Positions 41,861 to 57,100 of a stretch of DNA of 64,000 nucleotides are shown piece by piece. The position numbers and the translations under genes are program-made. The DNA is from Acanthaster planci (lineage: Eukaryota), in NCBI RefSeq assembly GCF_001949145.1, contig NW_019091356.1:1-64000 (forward strand), read 5' to 3'. Within the stretch, counting starts at the first letter, position 1; every line of letters starts with the position of its first letter. The notes beneath the pieces are model-generated. The model made no database searches. It saw only the letters and a program-made list of their open reading frames with translations, and was not told the origin of the DNA.

Positions 41861-44800
41861 CATGAGAAGCGCGCAATCGCTGACGCGAGACACGCGCGCG
41901 CTTACTACGTGTATAATTTAATTAAAGCTACTGCCGATGGAATAAAAAGAAAAAACTAAGTTCGACTACAACCCCCATTTTGCAAGAAAAATAAACCGAT
42001 ACGACCATTTAACAACAGTACTGGAAGAAAAGAGAGGCTGCATTTGTAATGGCCAGGTATATGTATAATGTACAATGGTGGAACTCGAATTGCAGGCATC
42101 CTTCCGGCTCTAACGTCCACTTTTATGTTCTTCGATGTGTATGCTTAACGAGGTGTTAATACGAACTTAAATCAACCAATATTTTACTGAGTAAAATAAT
42201 GTGTAATGGAACAAAATTTCAATACAATATTGTACGTCTTGGAGCTTGATTGGGTTATTTGTTTTAAATTTCTCCTTTTTCAGTTTTATGTCGGCCATCA
42301 AGAATAGAAAAACACTGTGTAGACCTAAACTATTGATTAATAGAAAAACAGTATTTGAGAGATTTTTAATTTAGGGGTGGGTGAAGTTGGTAACTTTTTA
42401 AGATGTAAACATGGACCTCCCTTGTTTCATGTATAGATAAGATTGTGTAAACCGTATCGTTCTTACAAAATAATGGTGGCATTGTACATAAAGCATGATT
42501 ATGGTAGTGTTATTTACTATGTCGATTATTATGTCCAAACATTTATATTTGAAACTTAATTACATGCGGACCTAAATACATGTAGATGTACATGTTTAAC
42601 GAAGGTTGTACAGAGCTATACTTCTGTTGCATTTTGAGTCTTGTTAGAGGATGAATGTCAGTTGAGCAGATTAAAATGTATACGGCAAATTGGATATAAC
42701 GATACTAAAGCATCTTGGTCCAGAATGGAATGTCTGGATCAATTGAAAGTAATCGATCACAAACTCAAATTTCAAGACCTACCTCTTGAAAGGTGTAAAT
42801 GTAGCAATATCGGATTGAATTTAGGGGAATAATGTGATCCAAAGACTTGCTTAGTTCATCATGTTCAAACCAAACTAGATCAATGACTTACATGTCTTGT
42901 TTTGCATTGGTGTCGCCAGGCTAACCTAGATCGATGGGATAACAAGTGAAGTGAAAGGAAGCCCTCTAAATTAAAGGATTACAGATAACAGTATTGTACA
43001 CTTGATTTGCGGCAATTTAAAATACAATACATGTACATTTTAAAATACTTGCCTGAAGTTGAAAATACTTGTTCCTTATAATGTATATTAACCTGCGAAG
43101 AATAAGCTAAGTTTTTAAATAGTACCTATCAACCGTCTTTTCCCTTCTATCGCACAATGAAGAGGATTGACATCATCCAGCTCCGTAAAGTGAGCTTGTG
43201 CGTGATGATGCGCTAAAACTTGAGTGATTATCGCGGTGCAAATAAGAGTTCTTGGATCTTGGCAGGGAAGACTTCATTAAGCCACGGCCAATTAGTCCCA
43301 TTGACAGGCTGCCACCATGCACCCAACGTGGCAAGGCCATCGAGACACTCTTACACAAAAGCCCGCGGTGAGCCACTTTCCCATCGGCCACGTTTGGAGT
43401 GGTTGGCCGGTGCTTTGCCGGTATGACGAGTGGATGGTGCTGTGAGGGAAAAGCCTGACAAAATTAAAGGACTGGTATTTTCCTCTCTTTTTTCTCAGCT
43501 GGATTCCAGATATATTGCGGTATTTTTCAAGTTAGATATTGAATTTTCTATATCTTTTTTTTTTTTTGCTTAGTGTTGTTTTCCAATGTCAAATATCTTC
43601 AGCACACAAGGACATGGAAGTCTATTGATTTTTAAATTGTTTAGTGATACTCTGCTGATTTTTTGTTAACTACTTGACACACGTATAAACACAACCTGCT
43701 CAGAGCCATTATTTATGATGCAAAAAAGGTCATTACTACTAATTCAATCGCTACAACAATGCAAACACACCGAAACAGTTTCAACAAGCAATTCCTAATA
43801 GAACATGTAAATCACATAATTTAGATAATTATCTCGATCACCAAAAAAAATCGTTGTGGTAGTTAAGCTCATCCTGTTTTTATTTTTGGAATGTCGGGAA
43901 AAGACAAAATTTTGATACTCGTATTGATGCATTTTATCATTTTGTTTTTCGAAGTTCGGACAATTGGCTGAAGGACTCATCCTTAAAATGTGTGTGTAAA
44001 CTTTTTAGGGAAAATCATTTCACATGGATTAATGAGGCTTTCATTTATTTGAATGTTTATTTCTCTCCTGGAATGAAGAATTTACCTTTTTGAGAGATTT
44101 AATATATTAGAGCCTTACAAATGTACAAGTATCTGAAATATTCTTTCAGTCTTGCCTACTTCCACTGTCTTGACATTCGGTTTTGCTATTACACACAGTT
44201 CCCCTTACTGGTTTTCGAATTCCCAAGCAGCCCACCATCATCACCTCTCGACCCTGACTTGATATCCAAAGAGGATGTCTTTGCTTACTGTAGCGAACGT
44301 CTGCCCTCTTAATCTTTGTATTTGATATCTCACATGGAATCGCATTTCACTGACGTTCACCCCCATTGGTTTGTCCGTGTAGCCCACCTGTGAAAGACCC
44401 AGGCAGTGCCCGCTTTACGGACCGTGAGACTGACTCCATCGTGTAGTCCTTCTCAAAAGAATCTTTTCGTGATGGACAAAAGGGCGATTTTTGACCCACG
44501 TCGCATTTCCTTTGTTGCCATCTAAATCCGCTGTCTGAAGCACACGCCGTGATTAAGTGCATTATATACGCAGCTCATTGGATAATCTTAAAGGAGGGGA
44601 AGTGGCATACGGCATCCTGAACATTTTTCTTTCAAAAGAAGCGGGCATACTCCAATGCTCATTGAAGGCTCCTAACAATTACCCTATGTATAAAAACTAA
44701 AAATGAGCTTCTCCTTGTTCCAGCTGCCAGTTGTCTTTTATCAAGGATGGCAGATGTTGCTAAAGGAAAACAAGATGTTGACGCAGCACTGGTTGACAAA

Positions 44801-47800
44801 GACTCCATCAATCTAGTTAGTGATATTTAACCAATGGAAAGAGATTGGTGATGAGTGCCTCATTTGTGAGATTCGAAGGAGACATGACAAAACTGTTTAT
44901 TCATGATGCAAATTATAGTTCTGATTATACTCCTCATATATAGTCATCACAAAATTGATTTTCAATCAATAAATTATCGTACATTAGGGAATTCATGGAA
45001 TATGAAATTAATATTAGGCCGCACAGTCGGGGGCTGCAGATTCCCAAAGTAATTCATAAAAACACGTAGTGTACAAAAACAGTAAATTTCACTAAAAGTA
45101 TAATTTCGCTAAAAATGCCAACACCTGAGAATATAACATAATAATACGGTATTTTCCTATTATTATATGTTATGGTAAGTTACGTTTAGTTTAATACTTG
45201 TAGCTTTAAAATGAATCTACCATCTGATCAACCAAAGCTACCGACGACCTTTTTTTTCATCACAGCCCTCAGCATGGTGGCCGTTTCAGAAGTCAAACCA
45301 AAACCACCTACAAGGAATTCCAATTTACCCTACCAAGGGGCCGCCACAATGCCCGCATTTTCACAATCTCACGTAGCGCCTGGGATGTTCGTTTCATTCC
45401 GGGCCTATTTCGTTCGACCTCGTTGAAGAAAAAAATCTTAAGGGATTCAGTCGGTATAAGTTGCCTCAGAAATCCTTGAAGTCACACCTAATTGTGTGTC
45501 AACGCAGTAGGTGAATGCAGTTTTCCTTTCAGATCTTTCTTGCGCTAAGTCATTTACATTTTCCATACTGTATACTATGGTTTACTCACGATGATGGAAA
45601 ATGATTTTCCTGGTTTACTACGCGGAGGGGGGTTCAAATCAAGAGAGAAAGAAACGTATATGACGTAACAACAAGCGTTCGATCACGTGCGGGCTGGATC
45701 ATGCGTACATTTAGGATTTGAGTGAGAGAAAAAAAAAGAATAGCTGAAAAAAGGTAATCGTTGCGTGATATTTGCCTGAAGAGGGCTGTTCCAGTGGAAA
45801 TGTGACATTCAAAGCATTGAAAGTTCATTCAAAGCACAAAGCATGACAAAGTGACTTTTCGTTTCACACTTATTTTGTACATGTTTTATTGACATCCATT
45901 TTAGCAATTAGACAATTTGTATAAACCTTGCAATCCTTTTTCATTTAATAATTCTGAAGCAATGTTTGACTGTTTTATAAACACTAAACATTCTATATTC
46001 GATGGACAAGCATCCATTACAACACAAAATCCAATGAAAACAACGTTGTGAGCAATCCAACGTATATATTTCCGGTTGCAATAAGGAATGATTGTAGTTA
46101 CACAATATCTGTTTATGAAACAGATTTTATATGTATGTTTATTTCCCTCACGAAAGATAAACATGGACATGATATTAGCGAACAATCACAGGTTAATGGC
46201 TACCAGGAATTGACTGACGTTAGCACTTGGCAATTCCACCATGTCCGCCTGACTGTTAGTGAATATCGGGCCTGTATTTTGTAGGTTAGGGTTAAGACTG
46301 TGGGTTACAACTACATGCATCTACATTATACTTGACTGAACCATGACTAAACAATAACGCAAAGCACCGTGACTACGCCCTCAACGGCACATACGCAACA
46401 CAGGTTATAAACACAGACCAGACCTCGCCCGAAAGCGGTCAAACACTTCCCAATCAGTGTCGTGTCACTCGAAGTACTGAATAATTACATATGTGCAGAA
46501 ATCTTGGCTGTTATAAGTTGACGCACTGATAGTCTCAAGAACTTACAATACCCTATTAAAGGTAGTGTACGCAATAAGCTTCTAGAGCAACAGCTTCGTC
46601 TACAGACTGTCAGCGTGTCCCCTGATATTTCCAACGAGTGAAGACCAAGACCTAGCTCTTGGAAACAGATTCGGGTGCAGCAAAAGTCATTGAGCAGGGT
46701 ATCTTGGTCGAGCTCCAAAAATCGAGTCGAGTTTTGAAAAATCCAAGGAATTGTGTCCTTTCAAAATAATAGCGTCAACGTTTCAAGATAACACGTTCGT
46801 TAACATAATACGTTCCGTTTACGCGAATGACGGGAGTTTACGTTTTGAGTTAAGGAAACAAGAAATCTTTGCTCTTAAAATACAAAGACTTGAAGAGGTC
46901 ATTTTTCATTTTAATTTAGACATTTACATATACATGTACTTTTTGGTCCGTTATTTTCCCATACAAGTCATATACGTCCAAAATAATAACCTAATAATTA
47001 ATTTTCAATGAATGTATGTTAACAATATGCGCGGATCAAAACTTTGACAACAGCTTCTCGAAATATCTATCTGTTGAATTAATATTTCTGTACATATTGG
47101 AAGTGTTAAAGGAACTTTTGAATAAGTAAGCAAAAGAAATCGATGGTTCCTCAACTACTGGTGAAGATGACTGTAGAGAGTCTACTGTCTTCAATAACAC
47201 CTCTATGAGAGACGACGCATGTTTAATTATGATTGTGCAAAAGGAAGGCAAACTTAATCAGCGACTATAATTCAAGGTATTTACTAATGATACTTATAAG
47301 GTCTGCTCTTACGAGCATGACGACACGTCTACGTCAGTGATAATCCATGCAATATGATATAATTTACCTTTTATGTACAATTTATCACAAAAAGATTGTT
47401 GGCACAATCTCCATGCCATCCACGCATTTAGTGGTTGCCGGAACGACAAAGCACCATCAACCGTATACGCTTACTTCAATAAAAGCGAAGACAACTTCTG
47501 CTCTCTGAGCCAGGGCGCAACATGTACATAATGTGCCATAATCTTTCTGCACAAAATGGAAGCTGTAGCGCCCTCTTTTGAGCCGTTGACTGAGCATCAT
47601 CATAATAATACAAACGTTGGGGGCAGCCTTCCAATATACCTCTCCAGGATTAGCACCGACATGCCATATATCACACCTTGTACCGGTATGTAATTACATG
47701 CAGTAGAAACAAATCTAGGCTTAAGGATATCTCGAAAACGAAAGATTGATTACTGGAGCTCGTTTGTCAGTAAGGACATCATGCCATGTAACAGGCTTTA

Positions 47801-48146
47801 CTCAATTTCCGAGACCGACGATCAAGATCACAACACAGGTCCAAGTAATCCGTTTATCTGGGACGTTATCTTGAAGGAATCTACTCCGGACGGTTGTGAG
47901 TTGTGATCCGTGTAATGCCTGATGACATTCAGAAATATGAGCGAAATGTGAGTGGAATGATGTGACAAGAAAACTTTGCTTTCAAGCCTAAACATTTTCC
48001 TACACCACGATCCTATGTAAATATAATGCAAGTTGTGTTTCAAAGTTTTGCTGTCGGAAAAAGGATAATGTCCTTAAGTTCAGATTGGCTTTTAAGCCAA
48101 TATCATTTTCCATTTTAAGACTGGTCTTGATATATTGTGGCTCAAA

Positions 48147-51100
48147 TTACGACGTTGATAAACTGGTGGCCTTCTCCATTGTAGACTTGGACTTGTCTTC
48201 ACTTTCGACCGCTACAACAGCAACAGTGGAGTGGTTGTACAACCCCTGTTTCATCAGTTGCAGAGCTAACGAATTACGCATCCCGTTAGCTTTCTTGATC
48301 TTAGCTCGCTTATTCTGAAACCAGATCTTGATTTGCGACTCATTCAGACGGAGCTCTGCCGCCAATCCGCGACGGCGCTCTTCTGTCAGATAGTTACTCT
48401 GCTGAAACTCGTGCTTGAGCCGCTGAAGCTGTTGTGCACTGAAAGCCGTGCGGGGGCGCTTCTCGTCCCGCCTCGAGGCGGCTCCATCAGCGATTGATGT
48501 ACGAGCTTTGATCTTCCGAGTTCGTGGTCCTGCAAAGAAGGTTACAAGAAAGCATGAAGCGTCCGTGGAGGAAAATGCAGAAAAGCTACTCGGATGGATT
48601 TCAGCGAGCCCGGGTTTTAACTTCGAACTTGTAAATCCTGTTGAATTTGAATTTAAAATATACAGTTTCATTTCATGAGAGGAAAACATGTTGTAATACA
48701 CGTCGTGATTTTCAACAGGTTCTCTTCCTTACACACTGTCCAAAAAGGACGTAACATTTTACGCCATCCTGTTTTTGAAAAACATGCACATAGCGAGGAC
48801 GTCCTAAACGTTACGTTGGATTGCGCATAAGAATTCAAAATGAAAAGCTCCTTCGGACTTGGCATGACAAAAACACTGTGACGGGGCAAAAAGAAAACAC
48901 ACGGTGCGTTTCTTTAGTTTTTTGCTTTATTTACTGGTTCACGCCACGGACTAAACAAGGAGTTTTTTTTTACAAGAGGGCTGTGTTATTTAATGGCCTT
49001 GGTAGAAATATTGAACTTAATTTCACAAAATGTTTAAAAGCCGTGTCCATGAACTTAATGATAAACCTTGTACAACTTCTGTATGTCCATTGGAGAAAAA
49101 AGCGAGATACTCTAATTCGATTCACGGGACAATCATTCATAAGGCAAAAAAGTGAAGCCGAAGTTATAGATGAAAGATACCAGACACCGGGGTTACATTA
49201 ATTACTCGATATGTTAGTTATAAAATGTCGACGAAATAATAATGGATAGGATAACACCCCCCCACACACACACACAGACACACCCACCCACACTGGTACA
49301 GATCGACAGTCTCCACAGTATCGTTGTTAGAAATACAAAATCAGGTCTATATGTCCTAACTGATATAGTTGTGTCTTATGTTTTGTCTTTCAACAAGCAG
49401 CTGTTTTCCTTATCTAAATAAAGATGTCTAGAAAGCATACGCTTTTGTGTTTGGAAAGTAAATAGCATCGCCACAAAGTTCCACAAGAAGACGATACTTG
49501 CACACCCGCATTCCCAATGAAAATTCCTGGTGTTTTTCCTTCACATCTACGGATCCACTAGGCATCCATCGGCAGGTGAACAGGCGGAATAGACGCCTGT
49601 GGTACATGTACAATCGAGACTCTACTCGACAGACCCGTCCTAAAGCGGACCCGTTAAAGTGGTCCCATGGGGTCTCCAGTTTGCCACTGCCCTTGGATCC
49701 AACGCTGTTGGTCCTGCTGGGAGTTCAAGATCGGACATCGACTGCAGAATTTCTTCTTTCCCATTCTCTGAGTTTGAACTGTGCCTGCATAACCTTGGTT
49801 CGCGTTATTATTATGGGTAGTGTCGCAATACTAAACCTTTAAGTATTTTAGCTGTCTGGTGTTGGCCCGTGACGGCAAACAAAACTCTTCTGTGGGTGAT
49901 GATTATTATTAAACATTCAACACTGTCAAACAACAAGCACATTGTCGTAATTCTCTTCCCTGCTTCTGCATGGTGTCGAGTCATTTGAACAGATATCTAC
50001 AAAAATGTTGACCTCTGCGCGACTTATCAACATCAACTGGAAGGGGTTTTAGAAACATCTCCCAACAGAGAACATAGGAAAGAGGTTTATCATCGCTTGT
50101 TTCTTACCTTGAATATTATACAGTTCTAGTTCCTAGAAGGTATTGTGTCTAACTCGCAGAACTTATGTCGGACAAATAATGACAATGTATCACACAAATG
50201 ACAGCCCTTAGCATTCAGCTTGCCTCTATTCCTAAGCATTTACACCCCAAAAAGATCAGCACAAATATGTCAAACCATGAGCATCGTTTGAACATGATTG
50301 ACCAAAAATAATCAGTTGGGACAAGGAAAACGACAAAAAAGCCGGAATCAACCATTGACGCATAATTACGCACGCAAAGAAGTTGGAAAAATGACTGGGG
50401 GTTGTTCCTCTCCCCTGCCTGTTATTCATGCTTGCATTTCTTTGTGTGAAAACATTCTCAGGAACCGGTGTTGGCCAAATCAATCATGGACTCATGGTGA
50501 CAGTAATACCCCTGTCTTTGCGCGGACAGAATAACCCCATTAGGGCTTGTGAGTGAATCGCCAAGCAGTAAAAATCCAGCCTTTTAAAATTTAAGTTTTA
50601 AAGTTTGTAAGATCAAGAGAGAAAAAAGTGGTGCCGCAAGAAATAAGTGCTATGATGTTATATGTCACTATGCATCCTCTTGCAATAATAAGCCTGGGCA
50701 TGCAGCTGTGTCATTGTCATCGAAGCATGAACTGTGATGAGAGACCCGGGAGATTCCCTTACCTTCTTCCCCATATCCCAGCGGCATGTCAGACCCAGGA
50801 TAATAACAGCATTCTGATTACTCGGGGAGGTTTTTCATATCCCAGGCAATTTCCACCGGCAGGACTTCAAAAACACGAGGGACAGAATCATCCTGCGGCG
50901 GTTCTTGTCAGTGTAGCGACCGTGTTTCGTGTGGACCACCCTAAAAATATCATCGAGGAGTTGCACTTGAGGATGGAAGTCAAGGAATTGAACTGGTAAA
51001 GCCGGTTGATTGTCGCTTGAAGCCTGCGATAGGCTGCAGCACCACAAGGCAATAATGTGATTACAACGTTGCTCAGCGCGTAGTCAGTACACGTACCGGT

Positions 51101-54100
51101 ACTGCGTGGCTGGCTTGGGGGGCTCCAAGGGGTCTACACCGCCTGCTACCGAGGAAGCTGTAAAGTGGTTCGGGGAGGGTGACCGGGCGGGCAAGGGGGC
51201 AAAGCTAGGGTCATTGTGGCCCACCCAGACAGCTGTTGCTCCCATCGATTCAAGCTATGGATCTTGGGGCTCACGTCCCTAGTGAAGCCAGCAGGGACAG
51301 ACGCACTTTTGTTTCATGACTTGCCATCTGACAAGAAGGCAAAAATTTAAGCAGTTAGTTGTCATGGTGTGCTTCTCGCGTAAAAGCTGCAAATGTGGAC
51401 CAGCGATGTATCCTTCCACCAAGGAATACAAAATAGGTACTAGGGAGGGAAGAGATGTTTGTTGTGCTTGATTCGCCGTTTGTACCCAGAAAGGCATCGA
51501 ACTGAATACTTTCTAATGAGCTAAGAGGGTCTTTAGAGTGTAGATGGTGAGCACCAGTACGCATTATATATATACACACAATATTATTATGATGTAACTG
51601 GAGTTTTGTGCGAACTATTCACACGTTTAAATCAAACTATTCTAAATGTATGCACCTAAATGTATTAAAATGTAATAAACAAATACCTACAAAAGAGACT
51701 CACATTTTCCAATGCAGAGTTAAGTCACTTATTCTAAGTCATCCCATCAACTCATCTAAAGTTGGTTTAATCTTAAAAACATTGGGGTTTTGTTCTGAAA
51801 CTGAAAGCCTTAAAACCCTGTTCTATTTAAAATTGAAAAATTGGTATTATAGCAATAGTAAGGAACACTAACTGGCGAATTGACAATCATATCGGTCAAT
51901 TTAAACCAACTTTCAAATGAATAAGTACTGACACAATTTGAACATTTTGACATCCCGTTTTCTTATTTCATTATCTTTTCACTAAAATCAAACAATAACC
52001 GAGGTACAGAATACGGTTACCAATCATGGTAGTTAAGTTGATCTATTCTGAAATGACCGTCCAATCCCCACGATTCCTTTCTACCTCCTTCCTTAACTGT
52101 GAGTTGAACCCACAAGGAATATTTCCTCCATTGTCTGACAAACTGCATTGGAAAACCTAATTAAAAACCCTGTACGAATGAAAGTAATCCATGTCCTCAA
52201 ATCAAGAATGAAAGCAATAACGTTTCTCAGACAAAAAACAACATTAACAAGAGGGGGAAACAGAAATCTCGCGCCCTCATATTGGGATGACTCATATTGC
52301 GTTCTCCTAACTAGTCCCGCCCTTTTCAGCCTCCAAATCAAGCACACAGAGTAAGCGTCGGGCAGTATGAATAAATCAGTACAACACGCTCGGGTCTTAT
52401 ATACTGGAGGTGTGATTTATTGAGGCGTGTGCTAGCTCACTGGTTGGCGAAGTGATCGCTTTCAACCCTGGCCGCTTGCTAAGCAGTGGCGGTTTGGACA
52501 GCGAGTTAGAGCGCGACGGTGGAAAAGCACGGTACCTTGAACCGCGGGCCTGACATGGGGCCAGCCGGGCCGACCGCTAGACCCCTCGTCGTGACACCTC
52601 TCATTCTTTGTGGTGCACTATGTTGTCAAAAACATCAAGTTAACGACAGTAGGTGATGGATAGGCCTACTCTATATCATGACAGACTTCGTCGAGTCGTC
52701 AAATATTTAAAAGGATATGATGGGCCCCGATGTGCTCTTGAATGCATGGTTTGACGTTGAGAAATCGCGTGCCCAAGAAAAGAATGGGAGAAAAATAAAG
52801 AAAAGTTCTCAATTCCTACGATCAATCAGACATTATTTATGTAGCAGGAAACGTGTGTATTTGCATACAAGATACATTATTGAACTTGACAGAGGCTGGA
52901 ATAAACACAATTACGGCACTATGCCCCTAAAAAAATCAGCATGTTGACCTGTAACAAGCAAAGCGCCCAGAAAAAAGTGGATGAATGCTAGCCAAGTTGG
53001 TTGATCCTCTGATATACAGGATAATAATCCCGGTACAAATATTGTGCCCTCAGACGGTAACAACGGGCTCGCTTAAGTTGGTGAGAAGAAGAAAGAAGTA
53101 GGAACCTCTCATAAGAAATAATCATAAAATTAGCCTACATTTGATGTACATAGTTTTAAAACCTACGTTCAGTAAGGCTTTTACAGCTTTGAGGTTCGAC
53201 TGGCGTCTCCCCTCTAATCGACGCTTTGTTAGAAGCGGGGTATGTGCAGTGCTTGTTAACATCCAAACAGTAATGCTGCAACCTAACGGTAACTAACTAG
53301 TCAAAACCAAATTAAGACTTAAGTTTGCTTACCTGGTAATTCCCATCTTTATTTTTGACGAACCAAACAACAAATCTTCCCCTTGTTATTAGAGCGATTA
53401 ATGTAGTCATATAAAGCGACATTAATTATTATTTGCTAAGTTTACTAACTCCAAACAATTAAAACGGCAGGTTTTGTATCTTAATATTTCTAAGATTACC
53501 GTTACAGCAAAGTGAGTTCATGAGTGAACGTTCATATTAAAGATCGGGATCGACTGCGATCGGAAGAATTTTCACCTCGAGATATACACTTATCTAAAGG
53601 TTGTACGACGCTCTCCAACTTGATAGACACCATGGCATTGATATAACAGAGAAGGCAGGTTGGCAATCACAACCCCACGATAAACTACGCGTTTAAACTT
53701 TTTTCTCTAAAAACTTCTGTTCTCAGCTTACAATGAAATGTGTTGAAGATCGTCTTTAAATGTTGGGCGGTTTAACAAAATTAAATGTGTACCACAGAAA
53801 AGCAATTAGCGTTTGAACATATTCCCGAACGTATTTCGATGTAAATATCTAAACGCGTCTTGGGTTAAACGTGGTAAAAGTGCGTCTGTACAAAAAGTGC
53901 TTAAACTCTAACTGCCAGTTTTACAGCGTAGTGCGGCTGAGTAAGACATTTACTTTCGTACGTTTGAACGGGGCAATGAATACGGGAGTTTCACAATAGT
54001 ACGCCTCCAAGAGTTTGCAACGCGTTCACCGATCAGAATGTGCAAGATCTGTCGACCTTTTCCAAATGCGCATTGGGCCGACTGTTTGGGTCGATTGGGC

Positions 54101-57100
54101 GCACTGTTGTGAATCACCCGTATTAGTAAGAAAATAGTCCTTAAATTAATACTCCGCTGCGCGAAGGGATTCATGGTGGTGAAAGGTTCTGTACACAAAG
54201 CTAGCTATGGCAACGATTAGCCATCTGCATACCAACACATGACAGGTACTTCTGTATTTTTAATGAAACATTATTGTAGAGTTTTCAAGAGCAATTTCTC
54301 CTGAAGGAAGTTTTGACCTCTGGTTTTTATCCCGCAAGCAGCCAATAAAGGTTACTTATGGATTATTTATAGAAGATTATGTTTATGATGTATAAACTAT
54401 GAGACACATAAGTGTAACTGTAAATAGGAAAACAATCTGAAAATAAGGGTCCGCTCATCTGTCGGCACGCCCTCCCTCTGTTTTACGAACTATTATTTTA
54501 AAATCTTATTAGTGTACCGTGAACATTGTTATACTGTGAAATCTTTCTTAGGTTTGCAGCACTTATCCCCATAAGGTCACTTGAAATGGGTAATGCAGTT
54601 GTCTAAAGGTCAGACAAAAAATTCAAATCCATGACTGTATCACAAGCCTCATGCAGACTTTAGAGAAAGCACAACGAAAACTCGGAGTTCCAGCACTGAT
54701 CCAAAAAACACGGAAAACTAAAATCTTAAGATGTCACTGTCCCTTCTTATGTGAATCTTTATGAGTGATAACTGCCTGATTACCTCCTTTCTGCAGATGC
54801 CTGGTTGCAAATCTCTCCATTTGATGGATGTTAGCAATTAAAATGCAAATTAAGAAGCGGCTCGCTGTGAAGTCTCTATTTATTCGGCATGGAAAACATT
54901 TACAATGGATCATTGGGTCACCGCGGCTTCAAAATTACCATAAGTGCAGTGTGCTTGTTCTTTGATCTGAGCAACGACTTCAACATTTCGTATGTGCGAT
55001 GATTATTGACAAGAACGCCCAAGGAAGCGTGTTGTAGCCTCTTGCATATGGTAACAATCAACTGTTATATGCTTATCGTCTTAATCTAATTTACGTCAGC
55101 AAGTCCATGGCCTGATAAAATATGTCAAAGCTATGCATTACAACTTCACATATAGTTTTAGAAGGGTCAACCATTACAATTACTGATCAATCTAAAGATT
55201 TATTTACAAAATAATTTACTGGTTTCATTCAAATAAGCCTGAAGGTATATCTACTGAATTATAAAGACAGTGCTACATAAAATAGAGTTAGAAATGAGAG
55301 AAACAGCAATTTTCTTTAAACGGTTGCTGACAGTCTTACTATTTCTCTGTTTATTTTGTATTTATGCTCTACGTTATTTCATTCAAATTCAATGAGCGTT
55401 TATTTAAACGTCAAACACAAACTGGGAAAAACATCAGGGGAAGTAGGTCTAGCTGCCGTCGTTGTCCGCAATGCTGTAGGCCCTATTTATAAAGCAATTA
55501 CTACTTCGGAATTCAGTTCTGAATGAAATATAATGTCTTAGTTTTCGCATATACTAATGTATGTTTGTCCCTCCAGGCTGAACCAGTTACTCGTCAGCAT
55601 GAAGATTGTTAACTTCATCATGTAAGATGGAGAGAGCAATAATCACATTGTAATTATAACGAAGATGGCAACAGCCATAAATATCATCAATTCCCCGCAC
55701 GGTCCGCGTGGTTAACACGGCCAGCCAATACGCCGGGGATTGAGACCCAATACCCCGTGTCTTTCCCGCTCGCTGCCCCAGTGCGAAGGAAGGGTCCCTT
55801 CTCACCGAACGGTATCATAAACAGTGCCCGTTATTATCATTATCATACACCGGTACCTGAACTGTAACAACACACACAGGCAATATTAACTCCATAGACA
55901 TCTGTCCATAACTAATAGACTCGAACGGGCTCTATCACGGCTAAATCAACGGGGTAATGATGCGCAATATATTGACTCTTTCACTGGAGCGTTCTGGTTT
56001 TTGGCGGACTATATGCATTAGATGCCGGATCTTCACCGAGTAGATTCGGTCGAGTCTTTTCGCCGCTTCGGTCCAGTGCGTCACGTAGCGTAACTATCAC
56101 GGGCAGTAATTGCCTACTTCATCCCCCCATAACGAATAATAATGTCAACTGTTTCCAAATGACTTTACTAAGGAGTCACAGATGGTTTCATGATGGTCAC
56201 ACTTCTGTACTAACGCCTCGGCCGGAGAATTGATGAGACACTCTCTCAAGTGTTACCGCGTGGTTAAAAAGAGACTTAACTAGTTTGTTTAATATGAGCG
56301 AGACATTAATAATGCCGGGTAGTCATCTATCTTTGTAGTATTACAGGAAAGTTGCTTGAACGTATCATTCTGCGCTATAAAGTCAAGCAAAATGGGCTGG
56401 CATGGAAAATTTTGAAAGTGACCGACACCCTAAAGCAGCAATGAAATTGAGTTCGAAATTACGAAGGCGCAATCTGATTCAGGCGCATGAATCGTCATTC
56501 GTGTTCATTTGATGTTTAGCAATTTGGCGGTGATTCTTATACTGAGTTTTAGCAAAATTATTATCTTTAGCATCTTTAAAGACGGTGAACAATAGTGAGT
56601 CAGCAGAATGCATTCCAGTCTCTTGTTCACTGAACTGTGTCGGTATTCGTCACACGTGTACAGAAAGAAATCATTGCAGAGACAAATAGGCCTAACTTAT
56701 TATGCAAGAATAAGATAGTTCTTTTCCAAAAGGCCTAAACTGTATTATGATAAAAGAAGTACTTAACATATGTTACGGAACACAAGTTTTCAGGATTTTT
56801 TGAGAGTAAATTGTTTATGATTGCAATATTCACTTCAAGAAATTATAGGGAAGGTATAAAAGGCCAAAACGTACGTTAGTAATGTATATCGAAGGGAAAA
56901 CCAACAATGTATAAAGATCCGAACTTCCAATGAACTATTCACTTCACCAAACCTCGGTCTATTTGCCAATTTCAATTAAGGGTCAGACCTTCGTTCCAAT
57001 TTAAGTCGCAGACTAAGAGTATAAAGCTAATGTCGCGGTCTTAAAACTTTTTCCTGAGAAACATTTAATGTCGCGGAAATAGTCCTTTCCGCGAACTACA

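Noticed and set aside
41153..48146. Possible Nedx or other homeobox between Dlx and En
   Set aside because: No WFxN-type helix-3 coding sequence found by eye on either strand. The one TGGTTC hit near 46340 (minus) runs into a stop.
52430..52480. tRNA/SINE-like A-box TAGCTCACTGG
   Set aside because: No proper B-box (GGTTCRA) or cloverleaf follows.
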